A DNA stretch of 64,000 bases from an uncultured delta proteobacterium (GCA_963715335.1 CAVQRZ010000009.1:64001-128000), one strand, 5' to 3'; shown: positions 21,042 through 31,821, counted from the stretch's first letter. Made by a program: numbers and translations. The notes: a model not told the origin generated them from the letters alone.

Positions 21042-21977
21042 TCACTGCCGGCGCAGTTTCAGGAGCCGGACAAAGGCCAGGTCGCGACTACGGATTTTGT
21101 CAGCAATGAACTCCTCGGTCGGGTAGATGTAGAAACCCTGTCCGGACTTGACGCCGAGGTGACCCTGCCGGTTAAGCTCCTTGATCACCTCGGGTGCCGA
21201 GCGCGCATCGTTAAGCTCTGGTGCCAGGTTGTTCATGACGCTCTGCCAGGTGTCCAACCCGCCGAAATCAGCCGTTTCCAGCGGGCCGATGGTCGACCAG
21301 CGGAATCCCGGCCCGCAGGTCATCGCCGTATCCACATCCTGCATGTCAGCGACGCCGCTTTGCACCAGGTGCAAAGCCTCGCGCAGCACTGCGGCCTGCA
21401 GGCGGTTGGCGATAAAGCCCGCCACCTCCTTCTTCAGGACCACCGGAACCTTGTTGATTTGACGCAGGAAAGCCAAAACATCGGAGAGCATTTGGCCTGG
21501 CGTCGCTTCAGCCTTGATCACTTCCACCAGCGGCACCAGATGGGCCGGGTTGAAAAAGTGGGTGATGATCATTCGCTCCGGCCTCGCCAAGTGCCTCGCC
21601 AGATCGGATAAAGGTAATGTCGAGGTGTTCGAGGTGATGATCGTGCTTTTGCTCGAGAGTTCCTCGATGCGGGCAAACACCTGCCATTTCAGTTCCAGGT
21701 TTTCAGGAACCGCCTCGGTGATGAACTCGGCCGAGGCGACAGCCTCCCCCAGACTTGCAGTGGCAACGATATTGTCGAGAATGTCCCGGCACCTGGATGC
21801 CGGACACAACCCCTCTTCTACCATCACTTCAAGATCGGCCCCGATGAGACCTTTGGCCATCTCCAGGGGTTTAATCTCAGTATCGAACAGGCGCACTTTG
21901 CAACCGTTCATGGCATACACAAGAGATATCCCGCGGCCCATGATACCGGCACCGATCACTGCTGTATTGTTAAACAT
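21042..21977 (-). CDS. 3-hydroxyacyl-CoA dehydrogenase family protein
   Basis: VIGAGIMGRGI, EAVPENLELK, SNTS, HFFNP, GFIANRLQ. Confidence 0.9.
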   Translation of the reverse strand: MFNNTAVIGAGIMGRGISLVYAMNGCKVRLFDTEIKPLEMAKGLIGADLEVMVEEGLCPASRCRDILDNIVATASLGEAVASAEFITEAVPENLELKWQVFARIEELSSKSTIITSNTSTLPLSDLARHLARPERMIITHFFNPAHLVPLVEVIKAEATPGQMLSDVLAFLRQINKVPVVLKKEVAGFIANRLQAAVLREALHLVQSGVADMQDVDTAMTCGPGFRWSTIGPLETADFGGLDTWQSVMNNLAPELNDARSAPEVIKELNRQGHLGVKSGQGFYIYPTEEFIADKIRSRDLAFVRLLKLRRQ

Positions 21978-22482
21978 CACACATTCCTCCAGATAACCGG
22001 ACAACGCACTACAGGGTTGCCGCCCCTTCGAAAGCAGGGCTTTGACCACACCTTGCATGCATCACACATTGCTCAAAGCATTAAGGAGGTTACACAAAAA
22101 ACCAAGAACAAACAATATTTTAAAATACATGTAAATTGCCATGAAAATGATTTCATATAATCTGCTGTGTGTAAATCCCCACGGGTTTCCAAACAAAAAA
22201 CAGTAATTATATTTTCAACAGTTATTTCATTATGTTGTAATACTATTAATCCGCCATATTTGCGTTTGACTTACATTCTTTGGTGTTGTAGAACAGTGTT
22301 TCACGTCTTCGTGCTTTGGTGATAAAACCACTCACATCTGGCATAGCCATGGTACGGCACGTCAGCAAACAGAACGCAATCCGTCACAACGCGAACCTCT
22401 CCAAGCTACTCAAAGAAGAATTGGAGGGTATACTTGACGGCGTAAACTTTCAGTGCACGGCCAAAGAGAAACAACGACAAGC

Positions 22483-23238
22483 ATGAATACAGAGTACATC
22501 ATCGAAACGCGCAGTCTGACCAAGGAGTTCTCAGGATTCATCGCCGTGAGAGGTGTCAATCTCAAGGTTCGCCAAGGCACAATACACGCCATGATTGGCC
22601 CCAACGGCGCAGGCAAGACCACAGTCTTCAACCTTCTGACCAAATTTCTCGAGCCCAGTTCCGGGCAGATTTTCTACAAAAACAAAAACGTCACAGGCAG
22701 AAACTCCGCGGCCCTGGCGCGCCGAGGCCTGGTGCGCTCTTTCCAGATCTCAGCAGTTTTCCCTCACCTGAGCGTGTTGGAAAACGTCAGGGTCGCTCTG
22801 CAGAGAGAGACCGGAACATCCTTTCACTTCTGGAAATCTGACCATAGCCTGAACAACCTCAACGCCCAGGCAATGGAGGCGCTTGAAGAGGTCGACCTCG
22901 CGGATTACGCGAAAACCATCGCGGTGGAGCTCCCATACGGCCGTAAACGCGCTCTGGAACTGGCCACCACCCTTGCCCTCAAACCTGAGGTAATGCTGCT
23001 CGACGAGCCCACATCGGGGATGGGTCATGAAGATGTGGGAAAGGTCATGGAGCTGATTCGCAAGGCGGCGGCAAATCGCACGGTCCTCATGGTCGAACAC
23101 AACCTCAAGGTTGTGGCAGACCTTTCGGACACCATCACGGTGCTGCAGAGAGGCCAGATTCTGGCCGAGGGGAGCTACGCGGAGGTCTCGGAAAACCCGG
23201 CCGTCCTCGAGGCTTATGTTGGAGGCCAACATGCATGA
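22483..23238 (+). CDS. livG: branched-chain amino acid-type ABC ATPase
   Basis: GPNGAGKTT, LPYGRKRALE, LDEPTSG. Confidence 0.88.
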   Translation: MNTEYIIETRSLTKEFSGFIAVRGVNLKVRQGTIHAMIGPNGAGKTTVFNLLTKFLEPSSGQIFYKNKNVTGRNSAALARRGLVRSFQISAVFPHLSVLENVRVALQRETGTSFHFWKSDHSLNNLNAQAMEALEEVDLADYAKTIAVELPYGRKRALELATTLALKPEVMLLDEPTSGMGHEDVGKVMELIRKAAANRTVLMVEHNLKVVADLSDTITVLQRGQILAEGSYAEVSENPAVLEAYVGGQHA

Positions 23239-23944
23239 TGTTCCCAACGAAATCCTGCGTGTTGTCGACCTGCACGCTTTTTACGGCGAATCCCACGTGC
23301 TCCACGGTATCGACTTCAACGTCGGCGAGGGAGAGCTGGTCACCCTGCTCGGAAGGAACGGCGCCGGCCGCACCAGCACCCTCAAGTCAATCATCGGGCT
23401 GATCTCCAAGCGTTCCGGTTCGGTGATGATCAACGGGCACGAAGCGATCAGCCTGCCGCCCTACAAAATCGCCCCTCTCGGGATCGGCTACTGCCCTGAA
23501 GAGCGCGGCATTTTCGCCGGGTTGACCACGGAAGAGAACCTGCTTCTGCCGCCAGTGCTGCATAGCGGCGGCATGGAACTGGAAGAAATCTACACCATGT
23601 TCCCCAACCTCAAGGAACGTCGATCAGCTCAAGGAACACGGCTCTCAGGTGGCGAACAGCAGATGCTGGCACTGGCCCGCATCCTGCGTACCGGGGCCCG
23701 CCTGCTGCTGCTCGACGAGATCACCGAGGGCCTGGCCCCGGTCATTGTCGAAGCCATGGGCAATGTTATCTCAATGCTCAAGGAACGTGGCTATACCATT
23801 GTCCTGGTCGAACAGAACTTTCATTTCGCCAAAGGCCTGGCAGATCGTCACTACGTACTCGAACACGGTCGCATCGTGAAGATGATTATGAATCATGAAC
23901 TAGAAGCCAATCTCGATGAGCTGCATGAACTTTTGGGCGTGTAA
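23231..23944 (+). CDS. livF: branched-chain amino acid-type ABC ATPase
   Basis: GRNGAGRTS, LSGGEQQML, LVEQN. Confidence 0.88.
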   Translation: MHDVPNEILRVVDLHAFYGESHVLHGIDFNVGEGELVTLLGRNGAGRTSTLKSIIGLISKRSGSVMINGHEAISLPPYKIAPLGIGYCPEERGIFAGLTTEENLLLPPVLHSGGMELEEIYTMFPNLKERRSAQGTRLSGGEQQMLALARILRTGARLLLLDEITEGLAPVIVEAMGNVISMLKERGYTIVLVEQNFHFAKGLADRHYVLEHGRIVKMIMNHELEANLDELHELLGV

Positions 23945-23973
23945 CACGCCCAAATCAACCAAGGAGAAAGAAC

Positions 23974-25191
23974 ATGAAAAAGAAACTATTTTTATCGGCA
24001 TTTGGCACCGGACTTGCCCTGGTCGTGGCAGTTTCCTTAGCATCAGCGGCCGGTCTAACTGACGGTGTGCTCAAGGTCGGCGTCATGACCGACATGTCCG
24101 GGGCCTACTCGGACCTCAGTGGCCCGGGCTCGGCGCTTGCAGCGCAGATGGCTATCGAGGACTACGGCGGCAAAGTACTCGGCAAGAAAATCGAGTTTGT
24201 TTCAGCCGACCACCAGAACAAAGCCGACATTGCTGCCAACAAGGCCCGTGAATGGTTCGACTCTAATCAGGTCGACGTCATAGCCGACCTGTCAACATCG
24301 TCCACGGCACTGGCCGTTATGGAGATTGCCAACCAGAAAAACAAGGTCACGCTGATTTCGACCGGCGGCTCGACCAAGATCACCAACGACAACTGCATCG
24401 CCACCAATGTCCACTGGACTTATGACACCTACGCACTGGCCGTCGGCACAGGCAAAGCGGTCGTCGCCAACGGCGGCGACACCTGGTTTTTCATTACCGC
24501 TGACTACGCCTTTGGCCATTCGCTCGAAGGTGACACGGCCAACGTCGTTACCGCCAGCGGCGGCAAAGTGTTAGGCAAGGTGCGTGCTCCTTTCCCGAAC
24601 ACAGACTTCTCCTCCTTCCTGCTGCAGGCCCAAGCCAGCGGCGCCAAGATTATTGGCCTGGCCAACGCCGGCGCCGACACCATCAATGCCATCAAGCAGG
24701 CCAAGGAATTCGGCATTACAGAGAACCAGACCCTTGCCGGCCTGCTGATCTTCATCACCGACATCAACAGCCTCGGCCTCGAAACCGCCCAAGGGATGAT
24801 GTTGACCACCGGCTTCTACTGGGATCGTGATGACGAAACCCGAGCCTGGTCCAAACGCTTCGAGGCGCGTCACAAGAGCATGCCGACCATGAGCCAGGCG
24901 GGCGTCTACTCTTCACTGATGCACTACTTCAAGGCGGTCGATAAAGCCGGCACAGACGAAGCTCTGGCGGTCATGGCAGCCATGAAGTCGTTACCGATCA
25001 ACGACATGTTCGCCAAGAACGGCTACATCCGTGACGACGGCCGCATGGTGCACGACATGTACCTGGTGCAGGTTAAGAAACCTTCTGAGTCCAAGGGCCC
25101 CTGGGATTACTATAAAGTTTTGCGGACCATCCCCGGCGATGAGGCTTACATATCGCCTGAGAATAGCACCTGTAAATTGCTGAAGAAGTAA
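23974..25191 (+). CDS. HAAT-family ABC substrate-binding protein
   Basis: Signal peptide, ADHQNKADIA, FITADYAFG, IRDDGRMVHDMYL. Confidence 0.9.
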   Translation: MKKKLFLSAFGTGLALVVAVSLASAAGLTDGVLKVGVMTDMSGAYSDLSGPGSALAAQMAIEDYGGKVLGKKIEFVSADHQNKADIAANKAREWFDSNQVDVIADLSTSSTALAVMEIANQKNKVTLISTGGSTKITNDNCIATNVHWTYDTYALAVGTGKAVVANGGDTWFFITADYAFGHSLEGDTANVVTASGGKVLGKVRAPFPNTDFSSFLLQAQASGAKIIGLANAGADTINAIKQAKEFGITENQTLAGLLIFITDINSLGLETAQGMMLTTGFYWDRDDETRAWSKRFEARHKSMPTMSQAGVYSSLMHYFKAVDKAGTDEALAVMAAMKSLPINDMFAKNGYIRDDGRMVHDMYLVQVKKPSESKGPWDYYKVLRTIPGDEAYISPENSTCKLLKK

Positions 25192-25225
25192 GCCAGGGAG
25201 TGGTAGCGAGCACAAAGGGTATTTT

Positions 25226-26116
25226 ATGATGATTCAGGTTTTCGGCATTCCGATCCAAGCCCTGCTGGGGCAGCTGCTTATCGGGCTTATCAATGGGTCA
25301 TTCTATGCAATCCTCAGCCTGGGGCTCGCCATCATTTTCGGCCTTCTCAATGTCATCAACTTCACGCACGGTGCCCAGTACATGCTGGGAGCCTTTCTCG
25401 CATGGATGAGCCTCACCTACTTCGGTGTTAACTACTGGGTGGGGCTCATCCTCGTACCCCTCGCCGTCGGAGCTTTCGGCATCCTCATGGAGCGCCTCAT
25501 GCTGAGGCGCCTCTATCACCTCGACCACCTCTACGGTCTGCTGCTGACTTTTGGCCTGGCCCTGATCCTCGAAGGCCTCTTTCGTCAACTATACGGCGTC
25601 TCCGGTCTCTCCTACCCGATCCCGGATATTTTTCAGGGCGGGGTCAACCTCGGCTTCATGTTTCTCCCCTACTACCGAGCCTGGGTCATCGTCGCGTCGC
25701 TGTCGGTGTGCTTTGCCACCTGGTACGTCATCGAACGCACCAAACTCGGATCCTACCTGCGTGCCGCGACGGAGAACCCGGAACTACTTCAGGCATTCGG
25801 CGTCAATGTGCCGTTCATGATCACACTCACTTTCGGCTACGGGGTCGCCCTGGCCGGGTTTGCAGGGGTGCTGGCCGCTCCCATTTACCAAGTGACTCCG
25901 GTAATGGGCTCCAACCTGATCATCGTCGTGTTCGCGGTGGTGGTTATCGGCGGCATGGGTTCGATTTTCGGTTCCATCGTCACCGGTATCAGCCTGGGAC
26001 TTCTCGAAGGTCTGACCAAGGTCTTCTATCCCGAAGCTTCCGGCATCGTGGTTTTCGTCATCATGGCGCTGGTTCTTCTCATCCGCCCGGCCGGCCTGTT
26101 CGGGAGAGAGAAATGA
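25226..26116 (+). CDS. livH: HAAT ABC permease
   Basis: GLAIIFGLLNVINFTHG, VVVIGGMGS. Confidence 0.88.
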   Translation: MMIQVFGIPIQALLGQLLIGLINGSFYAILSLGLAIIFGLLNVINFTHGAQYMLGAFLAWMSLTYFGVNYWVGLILVPLAVGAFGILMERLMLRRLYHLDHLYGLLLTFGLALILEGLFRQLYGVSGLSYPIPDIFQGGVNLGFMFLPYYRAWVIVASLSVCFATWYVIERTKLGSYLRAATENPELLQAFGVNVPFMITLTFGYGVALAGFAGVLAAPIYQVTPVMGSNLIIVVFAVVVIGGMGSIFGSIVTGISLGLLEGLTKVFYPEASGIVVFVIMALVLLIRPAGLFGREK

Positions 26117-27066
26117 TCCTGAAAGGCAAAATCAATCGCCCATTGATCGGCGCGACAGTAATGCTTGCAATCCTGCTGATCGCTCCTCAACTGGTCTACC
26201 CGGTGTTCCTCATGAAGGTGCTCTGTTTCGCGCTGTTCGCCTGCGCCTTCAACCTGCTGCTCGGCTACGTCGGCTTGCTCTCCTTTGGACACGCGGCGTT
26301 CTTCGGTTCAGCCAGCTACATCACCGCCTACTCGGTGAAAGCCTTAAATTTCAGTCCTGTCATAGGCATCCTGCTCGGTGTCGCAGTGTCATCCCTGCTC
26401 GGGCTCGTCATCGGTTGGCTGGCGATTCGCCGCTCCGGCATCTATTTCGCCATGATCACGCTCGGCTTTGCCCAGGTGGTGTACTTTCTCAGCCTGCAGC
26501 TGCAATTCACCGGCGGCGAGGACGGCATTCAGGGTGTGCCGCGCGGCACGCTGGTCGGTCTGATTGATCTCAAAGACACCATGTCAATGTACTACTTCGT
26601 CCTGGTAATCTTCCTCTGCGGTTTCTGGCTGATTTACCGGACGATCAACTCGCCTTTCGGCCAAGTTCTCAAGGCAATCCGCGAGAACGAGCCGCGCGCC
26701 AGATCCCTCGGCTACGATACCGACAAGTACAAACTCATGGCATTCGTCATCTCGGCTGCCCTAAGCGGCATGGCCGGAGGCACCAAGTCACTCGTCTTTC
26801 AGCTCGCATCGCTCACCGATGTCAGCTGGCACATGTCGGGCGAGGTGGTCCTGATGACACTCCTGGGCGGCATGGGTACAGTGCTCGGACCGGCGGTCGG
26901 CGCCCTGCTGGTCGTGACCCTGAATAATTATCTGGCCGGCTTCGGCTCTTGGGTCACCATCATTATCGGTGTGATCTTCGTGTCCTGCGTGCTGGCCTTT
27001 CGCAAGGGGATCGTCGGCGAAATTTTGGAAAAGTTCAGAAGCTGGGACTCAAAAGACTCGGGATGA
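26113..27066 (+). CDS. livM: HAAT ABC permease
   Basis: LLSFGHAAFFG, YFAMITL, TGGEDG, AIRENE; ATGA overlap with livH. Confidence 0.88.
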   Translation: MILKGKINRPLIGATVMLAILLIAPQLVYPVFLMKVLCFALFACAFNLLLGYVGLLSFGHAAFFGSASYITAYSVKALNFSPVIGILLGVAVSSLLGLVIGWLAIRRSGIYFAMITLGFAQVVYFLSLQLQFTGGEDGIQGVPRGTLVGLIDLKDTMSMYYFVLVIFLCGFWLIYRTINSPFGQVLKAIRENEPRARSLGYDTDKYKLMAFVISAALSGMAGGTKSLVFQLASLTDVSWHMSGEVVLMTLLGGMGTVLGPAVGALLVVTLNNYLAGFGSWVTIIIGVIFVSCVLAFRKGIVGEILEKFRSWDSKDSG

Positions 27067-27150
27067 TCTTGCCGAAATCGGAATCGGGGGACATAATACC
27101 TATTCTAATGTTTAATCTCTTCCTCAACCCCCATCCAACACCCCCAACCC

Positions 27151-27900
27151 CTAATCCTCCCCCTTCTCCTTCCCCCCCGCCTTCGGCGCATGGGCCAAAA
27201 TCCGGTCCGCCAGACGGCTGAACGGCAAACTCTGGATCCAGACCCGGCCATGGCCGCTCAAAGTCGCCAGGAACAGGCCTTCGCCACCGAAGAACATACT
27301 CTTCAGGTTGCCGGCCCGCTCGATGCTGTAGTCGATGCTCGACTCGAAGGCGACCAGGCAGCCGGTGTCGACGCGCAGCGTTTCGCCCTGCATCTGCCGC
27401 TCGACGATGGTGCCGCTGGCGTGGACGAAGACCACGCCGTCGCCCTGCAGGCGCTGCAGGATAAACCCCTCGCCGCCGAAGAAGCCGGCGCCGAGCCGGC
27501 GCTGGAAGGCGATGCCGACCCGGGTGCCGGAGGCGGCACAGAGGAAGGCGTCTTTCTGGCAGAGGATCTCGCCGCCCAGCTTGCCCAGGTCCATCGGGAT
27601 GATCTTGCCGGGATAGGGCGCGGCGAAGGCGACATGGCGCTTGACGCCGCCCCGGTTGCTGAAGTGGGTCATAAAGATCGACTCGCCGGTCAGGGCGCGC
27701 TTGCCGGCGCCGAACAGCTTGCCCATCAGGCCGGACTCGGCCTCGGAGCCGTCGCCCATGCGGGCCTCGAAGACGATGTCGGGCTCCATGTAGTTCATCG
27801 CCCCGGCCTCGGCGATCACCGTCTCGCCGGGATCGAGCTCGACCTGGACCATCTGCATATCGTCGCCGATGATGGTGTAATCAACTTCGTGACATTTCAT
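27151..27900 (-). CDS. TIGR00266/AIM24 family protein
   Basis: [40 protein letters not shown]. Confidence 0.88.
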   Translation of the reverse strand: MKCHEVDYTIIGDDMQMVQVELDPGETVIAEAGAMNYMEPDIVFEARMGDGSEAESGLMGKLFGAGKRALTGESIFMTHFSNRGGVKRHVAFAAPYPGKIIPMDLGKLGGEILCQKDAFLCAASGTRVGIAFQRRLGAGFFGGEGFILQRLQGDGVVFVHASGTIVERQMQGETLRVDTGCLVAFESSIDYSIERAGNLKSMFFGGEGLFLATLSGHGRVWIQSLPFSRLADRILAHAPKAGGKEKGED

Positions 27901-27979
27901 GATTCAACCTCCGTGGCACTAGCGCGAGGTGCGAGGCGTGAGGCGCGAAAAAACTCTGCGCTCCTGCGCTACGCAACAT

Positions 27980-28174
27980 TTACCCTTTGGCGACCAGGAA
28001 CACCCCCGCCACCCCGCAAGCCGCGCCGCCAATATACCGATACATCACCTCATCGGGCAGCGAACCGGAAATCGTCGCCGTCAACTGCGCGGTCAAGGTC
28101 TCTGAAATCTGGTAACCCCAGTAGGCGAGGCCGACGCCGATGACGACCAGGGCCAGGCCGAGAGCTTTGTTCAT
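27980..28174 (-). CDS. small membrane protein (DUF3185-like)
   Basis: 64 aa, two hydrophobic helices, KALGLALVVIGVGLAYWGY. Confidence 0.7.
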   Translation of the reverse strand: MNKALGLALVVIGVGLAYWGYQISETLTAQLTATISGSLPDEVMYRYIGGAACGVAGVFLVAKG

Positions 28175-28268
28175 TTATGTAAACCTTTCTTGGTTCGTAG
28201 ACATTTCAACACCTGAGGCGCGAGGTGCGAAGCGCGAAACATCACTTCCCACTTCCCACTTCCCACTT

Positions 28269-28766
28269 TTATTCAATCGTGATCCCGGCTTCTTTCAACC
28301 GGACCTTGAGCCGTTCAAGCAGCGCCTGCTCGAAATTCTCATTCCACAAGCGCACAAACTGCTGGCCTTCAGCGGCAATCTGGCCGCTGACCCGGATCGA
28401 CTTGCGGGCGACCTCGGTCTGGTAAAAAGACAACAGCTGGTGGATCTCGTCGGCCGTATAGTAGCGCCGGAAGATCGGCACCAGGGAGTCGAGCAGGCGC
28501 TGGTGCTCCTGGTCGGCGAGGGCCTGGAGCTCCTCCTCAATCAGCTTGGCGGCGTCCTCGGCCGACACCTTTTGCGCGGTCAGCACCGCGCCGAGCTGGT
28601 TGACGTAGTTATCCTGGATATTGGTCATGATCCGGTCGGTCAGGCTCAGCCGCACCAGCTGCTCCGCCTCGCGAACCTGCTCCGCCTCGTCGGTCGGCAC
28701 CGCTGCGGCGGCGAAAACATTGACGGACAGCATGGTGGCAAACAGTAAAATAATCAGAAAACGCAT
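28269..28766 (-). CDS. exported DUF2059-like protein
   Basis: Signal peptide; YTADEIHQLLSFYQTEVARK motif. Confidence 0.75.
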   Translation of the reverse strand: MRFLIILLFATMLSVNVFAAAAVPTDEAEQVREAEQLVRLSLTDRIMTNIQDNYVNQLGAVLTAQKVSAEDAAKLIEEELQALADQEHQRLLDSLVPIFRRYYTADEIHQLLSFYQTEVARKSIRVSGQIAAEGQQFVRLWNENFEQALLERLKVRLKEAGITIE

Positions 28767-28871
28767 AGGGTTGGTCCTTTCTACAGTTTATTATTCGAGG
28801 TGCGAGGTGCGAGGTGCGAAGCGTGAAATATCACTTCTCACTTCCCGCTTCGCGTCTCCCACTTCCTGTTT

Positions 28872-29936
28872 TCAAACCTTAGCCCGCTCGTACTGCACCG
28901 GCCAGGGATGCTCGGCCTTGAGTTCGGTGGCGGCATGGATCGGCCAGTAGGGATCGCGCAGCAGCTCGCGGGCGAGCAGGACCACATCGGCGGCTTCGGT
29001 GGCGATGATCTGCTCGGCCTGCACCGCGGCGGTGATCAGGCCGACGGCGCCGGTAGCGATGCCGACTTCCTTGCGGATCGCAGCAGCAAACGGACTCTGG
29101 AAACCGGGCGCGGCCGGGATCACCGCATCCGGGACCAGGCCGCCGCTGGAACAATCGACCAGGTCCACCCCGAGCTCTTTTAAATGCCGGCACAGTTCCA
29201 GCGACTGGTCCAGATCCCAGCCGCCGTCCACCCAGTCGGTGACCGAAAGCCGCACCATGACGGGAAGGTCCTCGGGCCAGGCCGCGCGGACCCGGCGCAC
29301 CACCTCAAGCGGCAGGCGCATGCGATTCTCCAGGCTGCCGCCGAACGCATCGTCGCGCCGGTTGCTCAAGGGCGAGAGGAACTGGTGCAGCAGGTAGCCA
29401 TGGGCCATGTGCACCTCGACGACCTGGAAGCCGGCCTGCAGGGCGCGCCGCGCCGAGGCTTCAAAGTGCGCAGCGATCTGATCCAGTTCGTCCTGCCTCA
29501 GTTCGCGCGGCTGCGGCGAGCCCGGACCGAAAGGCCGGGCGCTGGGCGCGAGCGGCTGCCAGCCGCCGGCATCTTCCGCCGCGGCGCTTCCACCCTGCCA
29601 GGGCGGCAGTACCGAAGCCTTGCGGCCGGCGTGGCCGAGCTGGATCGCCGGCACCGCGCCCTGCTCGGCGATAAAGTGCGCGATCGGCGCAAACGCCTCG
29701 GCCTGGGCCGCGTTCCAGAGACCGGTGTCGCGCGGGCTGATCCGCCCTTCCGGCGCCACCGCGGTCGCTTCAACGATCACCATCGCCGCACCGCCGACCG
29801 CCCGGCTGCCGAGGTGGACCATGTGCCAGTCGTTCGGCAGACCGTCCTCGCAGGAGTACTGGCACATCGGCGAGACGAAAATCCGGTTGCGCAGTGTCAG
29901 CGAGCGCATCTGCAATGGAGAAAACAACTTACTCAT
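28872..29936 (-). CDS. NADH:flavin oxidoreductase (Old Yellow Enzyme, NamA-like)
   Basis: VSPMCQYS, HAGRKAS, HMAHGYLLHQFLSP, ARELLRDPYWP. Confidence 0.93.
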   Translation of the reverse strand: MSKLFSPLQMRSLTLRNRIFVSPMCQYSCEDGLPNDWHMVHLGSRAVGGAAMVIVEATAVAPEGRISPRDTGLWNAAQAEAFAPIAHFIAEQGAVPAIQLGHAGRKASVLPPWQGGSAAAEDAGGWQPLAPSARPFGPGSPQPRELRQDELDQIAAHFEASARRALQAGFQVVEVHMAHGYLLHQFLSPLSNRRDDAFGGSLENRMRLPLEVVRRVRAAWPEDLPVMVRLSVTDWVDGGWDLDQSLELCRHLKELGVDLVDCSSGGLVPDAVIPAAPGFQSPFAAAIRKEVGIATGAVGLITAAVQAEQIIATEAADVVLLARELLRDPYWPIHAATELKAEHPWPVQYERAKV

Positions 29937-30023
29937 GACAAGCTCCTTAAGCTGGAGGTGCGAAGCGCGAGACGCGAGACGCGAAAAAAATCACTTCACA
30001 CTTCACACTTCGCACGTTCCTCT

Positions 30024-30473
30024 TTATCTTTTATGCGCCGACCGGAACACCAGGATCGTCTCCTGGTTGCCGTCCATCAGGCGCACCATCTTCATGTCGT
30101 AGCCGTCGAACTTCGGGTAGTAATGCGGCGTGCCGCCCTGCCGGATGAACCGGATCTCGTCCTTGTTGGTGGCGATCTCGGTGACCGTGGCCGGCCACTG
30201 TTTGCCGAAGGTGCCGACGCGCAGGAAACCCGCGGCGAGCTGATCGTCAACCAGCTCGGTGTGCGAGGCGAAGCGCGCCCCCACCGCCAGGCGGCTGGCG
30301 ACTCTCGGCGCCGCCTGGCGTGCCGGCTGCGACTGCTGCAGCGGCCGGCTCTCCGCCTGGTCACCGTAGACCGGGTCGAGGGAGACCTTTTCCACCGAGC
30401 TGAACTCGACGTACAGCGCAAAGCTTAAGGCGATGACCAGAAAAGGCAGCCAGATTTGGATGAGCTTGTTCAT
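30024..30473 (-). CDS. hypothetical membrane-anchored protein
   Basis: ORF from MNKLIQIWLPFLVIALSFALYV with GC3-biased codons. Confidence 0.6.
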   Translation of the reverse strand: MNKLIQIWLPFLVIALSFALYVEFSSVEKVSLDPVYGDQAESRPLQQSQPARQAAPRVASRLAVGARFASHTELVDDQLAAGFLRVGTFGKQWPATVTEIATNKDEIRFIRQGGTPHYYPKFDGYDMKMVRLMDGNQETILVFRSAHKR

Positions 30474-30678
30474 AACGGCCGGAACGTTTTTCGTGTCGAC
30501 CCGCAAATGAAAAAGAGCATCGCGCTGAGCATGCGCAATACCCTCCATGTGGCCCGACAAAGACGGCAGAACCGTGTCTGCCCAATTCAGTTTAACGTTT
30601 TGAAAGTACTTCTTTTCGACGGGACCGTCAAGTTTACTCGGGATGCGGGACGAGGGATGCGAAAACCGATAAACCTGT

Positions 30679-30769
30679 TTAACGCAAAGGTGCAAAGAGA
30701 ATCCGTCTGTATCTGTTTATAAAAGCTCTGCGTCTTTGCGCCTTGAGTGAGCAAAGCGAACGGCGTTAA
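30679..30769. repeat. intergenic inverted-repeat element, family B (AACGCAAAGGCGCAAAG...CTTTGCGCCTTGAGTGAGCAAAGCGAACGG(G)CGTT)
   Basis: Related copies at ~31459-31502, 32221-32330, 35819-35931, 43418-43523, 47564-47646, 62935-62963. Confidence 0.75.
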
Positions 30770-31005
30770 GCGCGGGGGCTGGAAGCTGGGGATTGGGGGC
30801 TGGCGTAAATCCCCTGCATCCCTGTGCATAATTGTTCTCAAGGGTGCGCTTTTTCGCGTCTCGCACTTTCCCCTTATTTCTCTTCACGAAAATTTCGCAA
30901 AATTTTCACGATCACATTACTGATGGGATTCTATCATTGCGCCTGTATCAGGAGATGGTTTTTCCTCCTGAAGCACTGGCAACCCAACCCATCAAGGAGA
31001 AAACG

Positions 31006-31449
31006 ATGAAAAAGTTCTTCAAGGCCCTGCTTTCGATTTTTTGCGCCATGAACGTCGCCGCGCCGGCGGCAGTGCTGGCAACTCCAAGCCAGAATTTCGA
31101 AGAGGTCAGCGAGGAGTGCGAGACCAGATCTGCCGATGCTGACGATTACACCCTGACCTTTCTGAATGCGGATTTCGGCTTGAGCCAGGACCGCAGCAAT
31201 ATCCGCGACCAGGCCGAGTCGCTGGTCATCTTCATTGCCGACCCTTATGGCAAAATCGTCAAGGATGCCCAGGTGGTGACGACCATCGTCGGGCCGCACG
31301 GCTCCCAGTTGATGCGCCGGGCGCACCCGTACAAGGGCGGCTACGTGATCAACACTCAGACTCTGGCCCCCGGCAACTACCGCCTGGAAGCCGAAATCAT
31401 CACCAACGGCTCGCTGTTCACCGATGAGTTCAACTTCCGGCGAACATAA
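31006..31449 (+). CDS. exported hypothetical protein with Ig-like (FixH/YtkA-like) C-terminus
   Basis: AAGGAG RBS, signal peptide MKKFFKALLSIFCAMNVAAPAAVLA, C-terminal PGNYRLEAEI. Confidence 0.65.
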   Translation: MKKFFKALLSIFCAMNVAAPAAVLATPSQNFEEVSEECETRSADADDYTLTFLNADFGLSQDRSNIRDQAESLVIFIADPYGKIVKDAQVVTTIVGPHGSQLMRRAHPYKGGYVINTQTLAPGNYRLEAEIITNGSLFTDEFNFRRT

Positions 31450-31576
31450 GCCTTAAAACTCTGCGTCTTCGCGCCTTGAGTGAGCAAAGCGAACGGGCGT
31501 TAGGGGCGGGTTAGGGGCGGAGGCTGGGGGCTGCTGGGGGCTGGACCAGAAAAGCGGATAAAACCTGGAACATGAA

Positions 31577-31604
31577 AAGGGGATCGAATGATTTCGGTCC
31601 CCTT
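31577..31604. terminator. putative bidirectional intrinsic terminator
   Basis: AAGGGGATCGAA-tgat-TTCGGTCCCCTT hairpin between convergent genes. Confidence 0.55.
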
Positions 31605-31618
31605 GTTGTCTTTAAATC

Positions 31619-31765
31619 TTAGTTGAACAGCTTGGCGCCGAGGTAGGCCAGGGCCGGCCAGGCGATCAGCACGGCAGAGATGATGGCGAAGATGCCGAGG
31701 ACACCCATAACGGCGATCGTGTAACTGGCTTTGACGGAATTGATGATGTTGGCTGCGCTTTGCAT
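31619..31765 (-). CDS. 48-aa hydrophobic small protein (paralog 2)
   Basis: AGGAG RBS; MQSAANIINSVKASYTIAVMGVLGIFAIISAVLIAWPALAYLGAKLFN; below ORF-track cutoff. Confidence 0.85.
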   Translation of the reverse strand: MQSAANIINSVKASYTIAVMGVLGIFAIISAVLIAWPALAYLGAKLFN

Positions 31766-31821
31766 GATGTGTCTCCTATGGGTGTCTCGCGCTTCAAGCG
31801 ACGAGGTTAAAGTGAATAATC

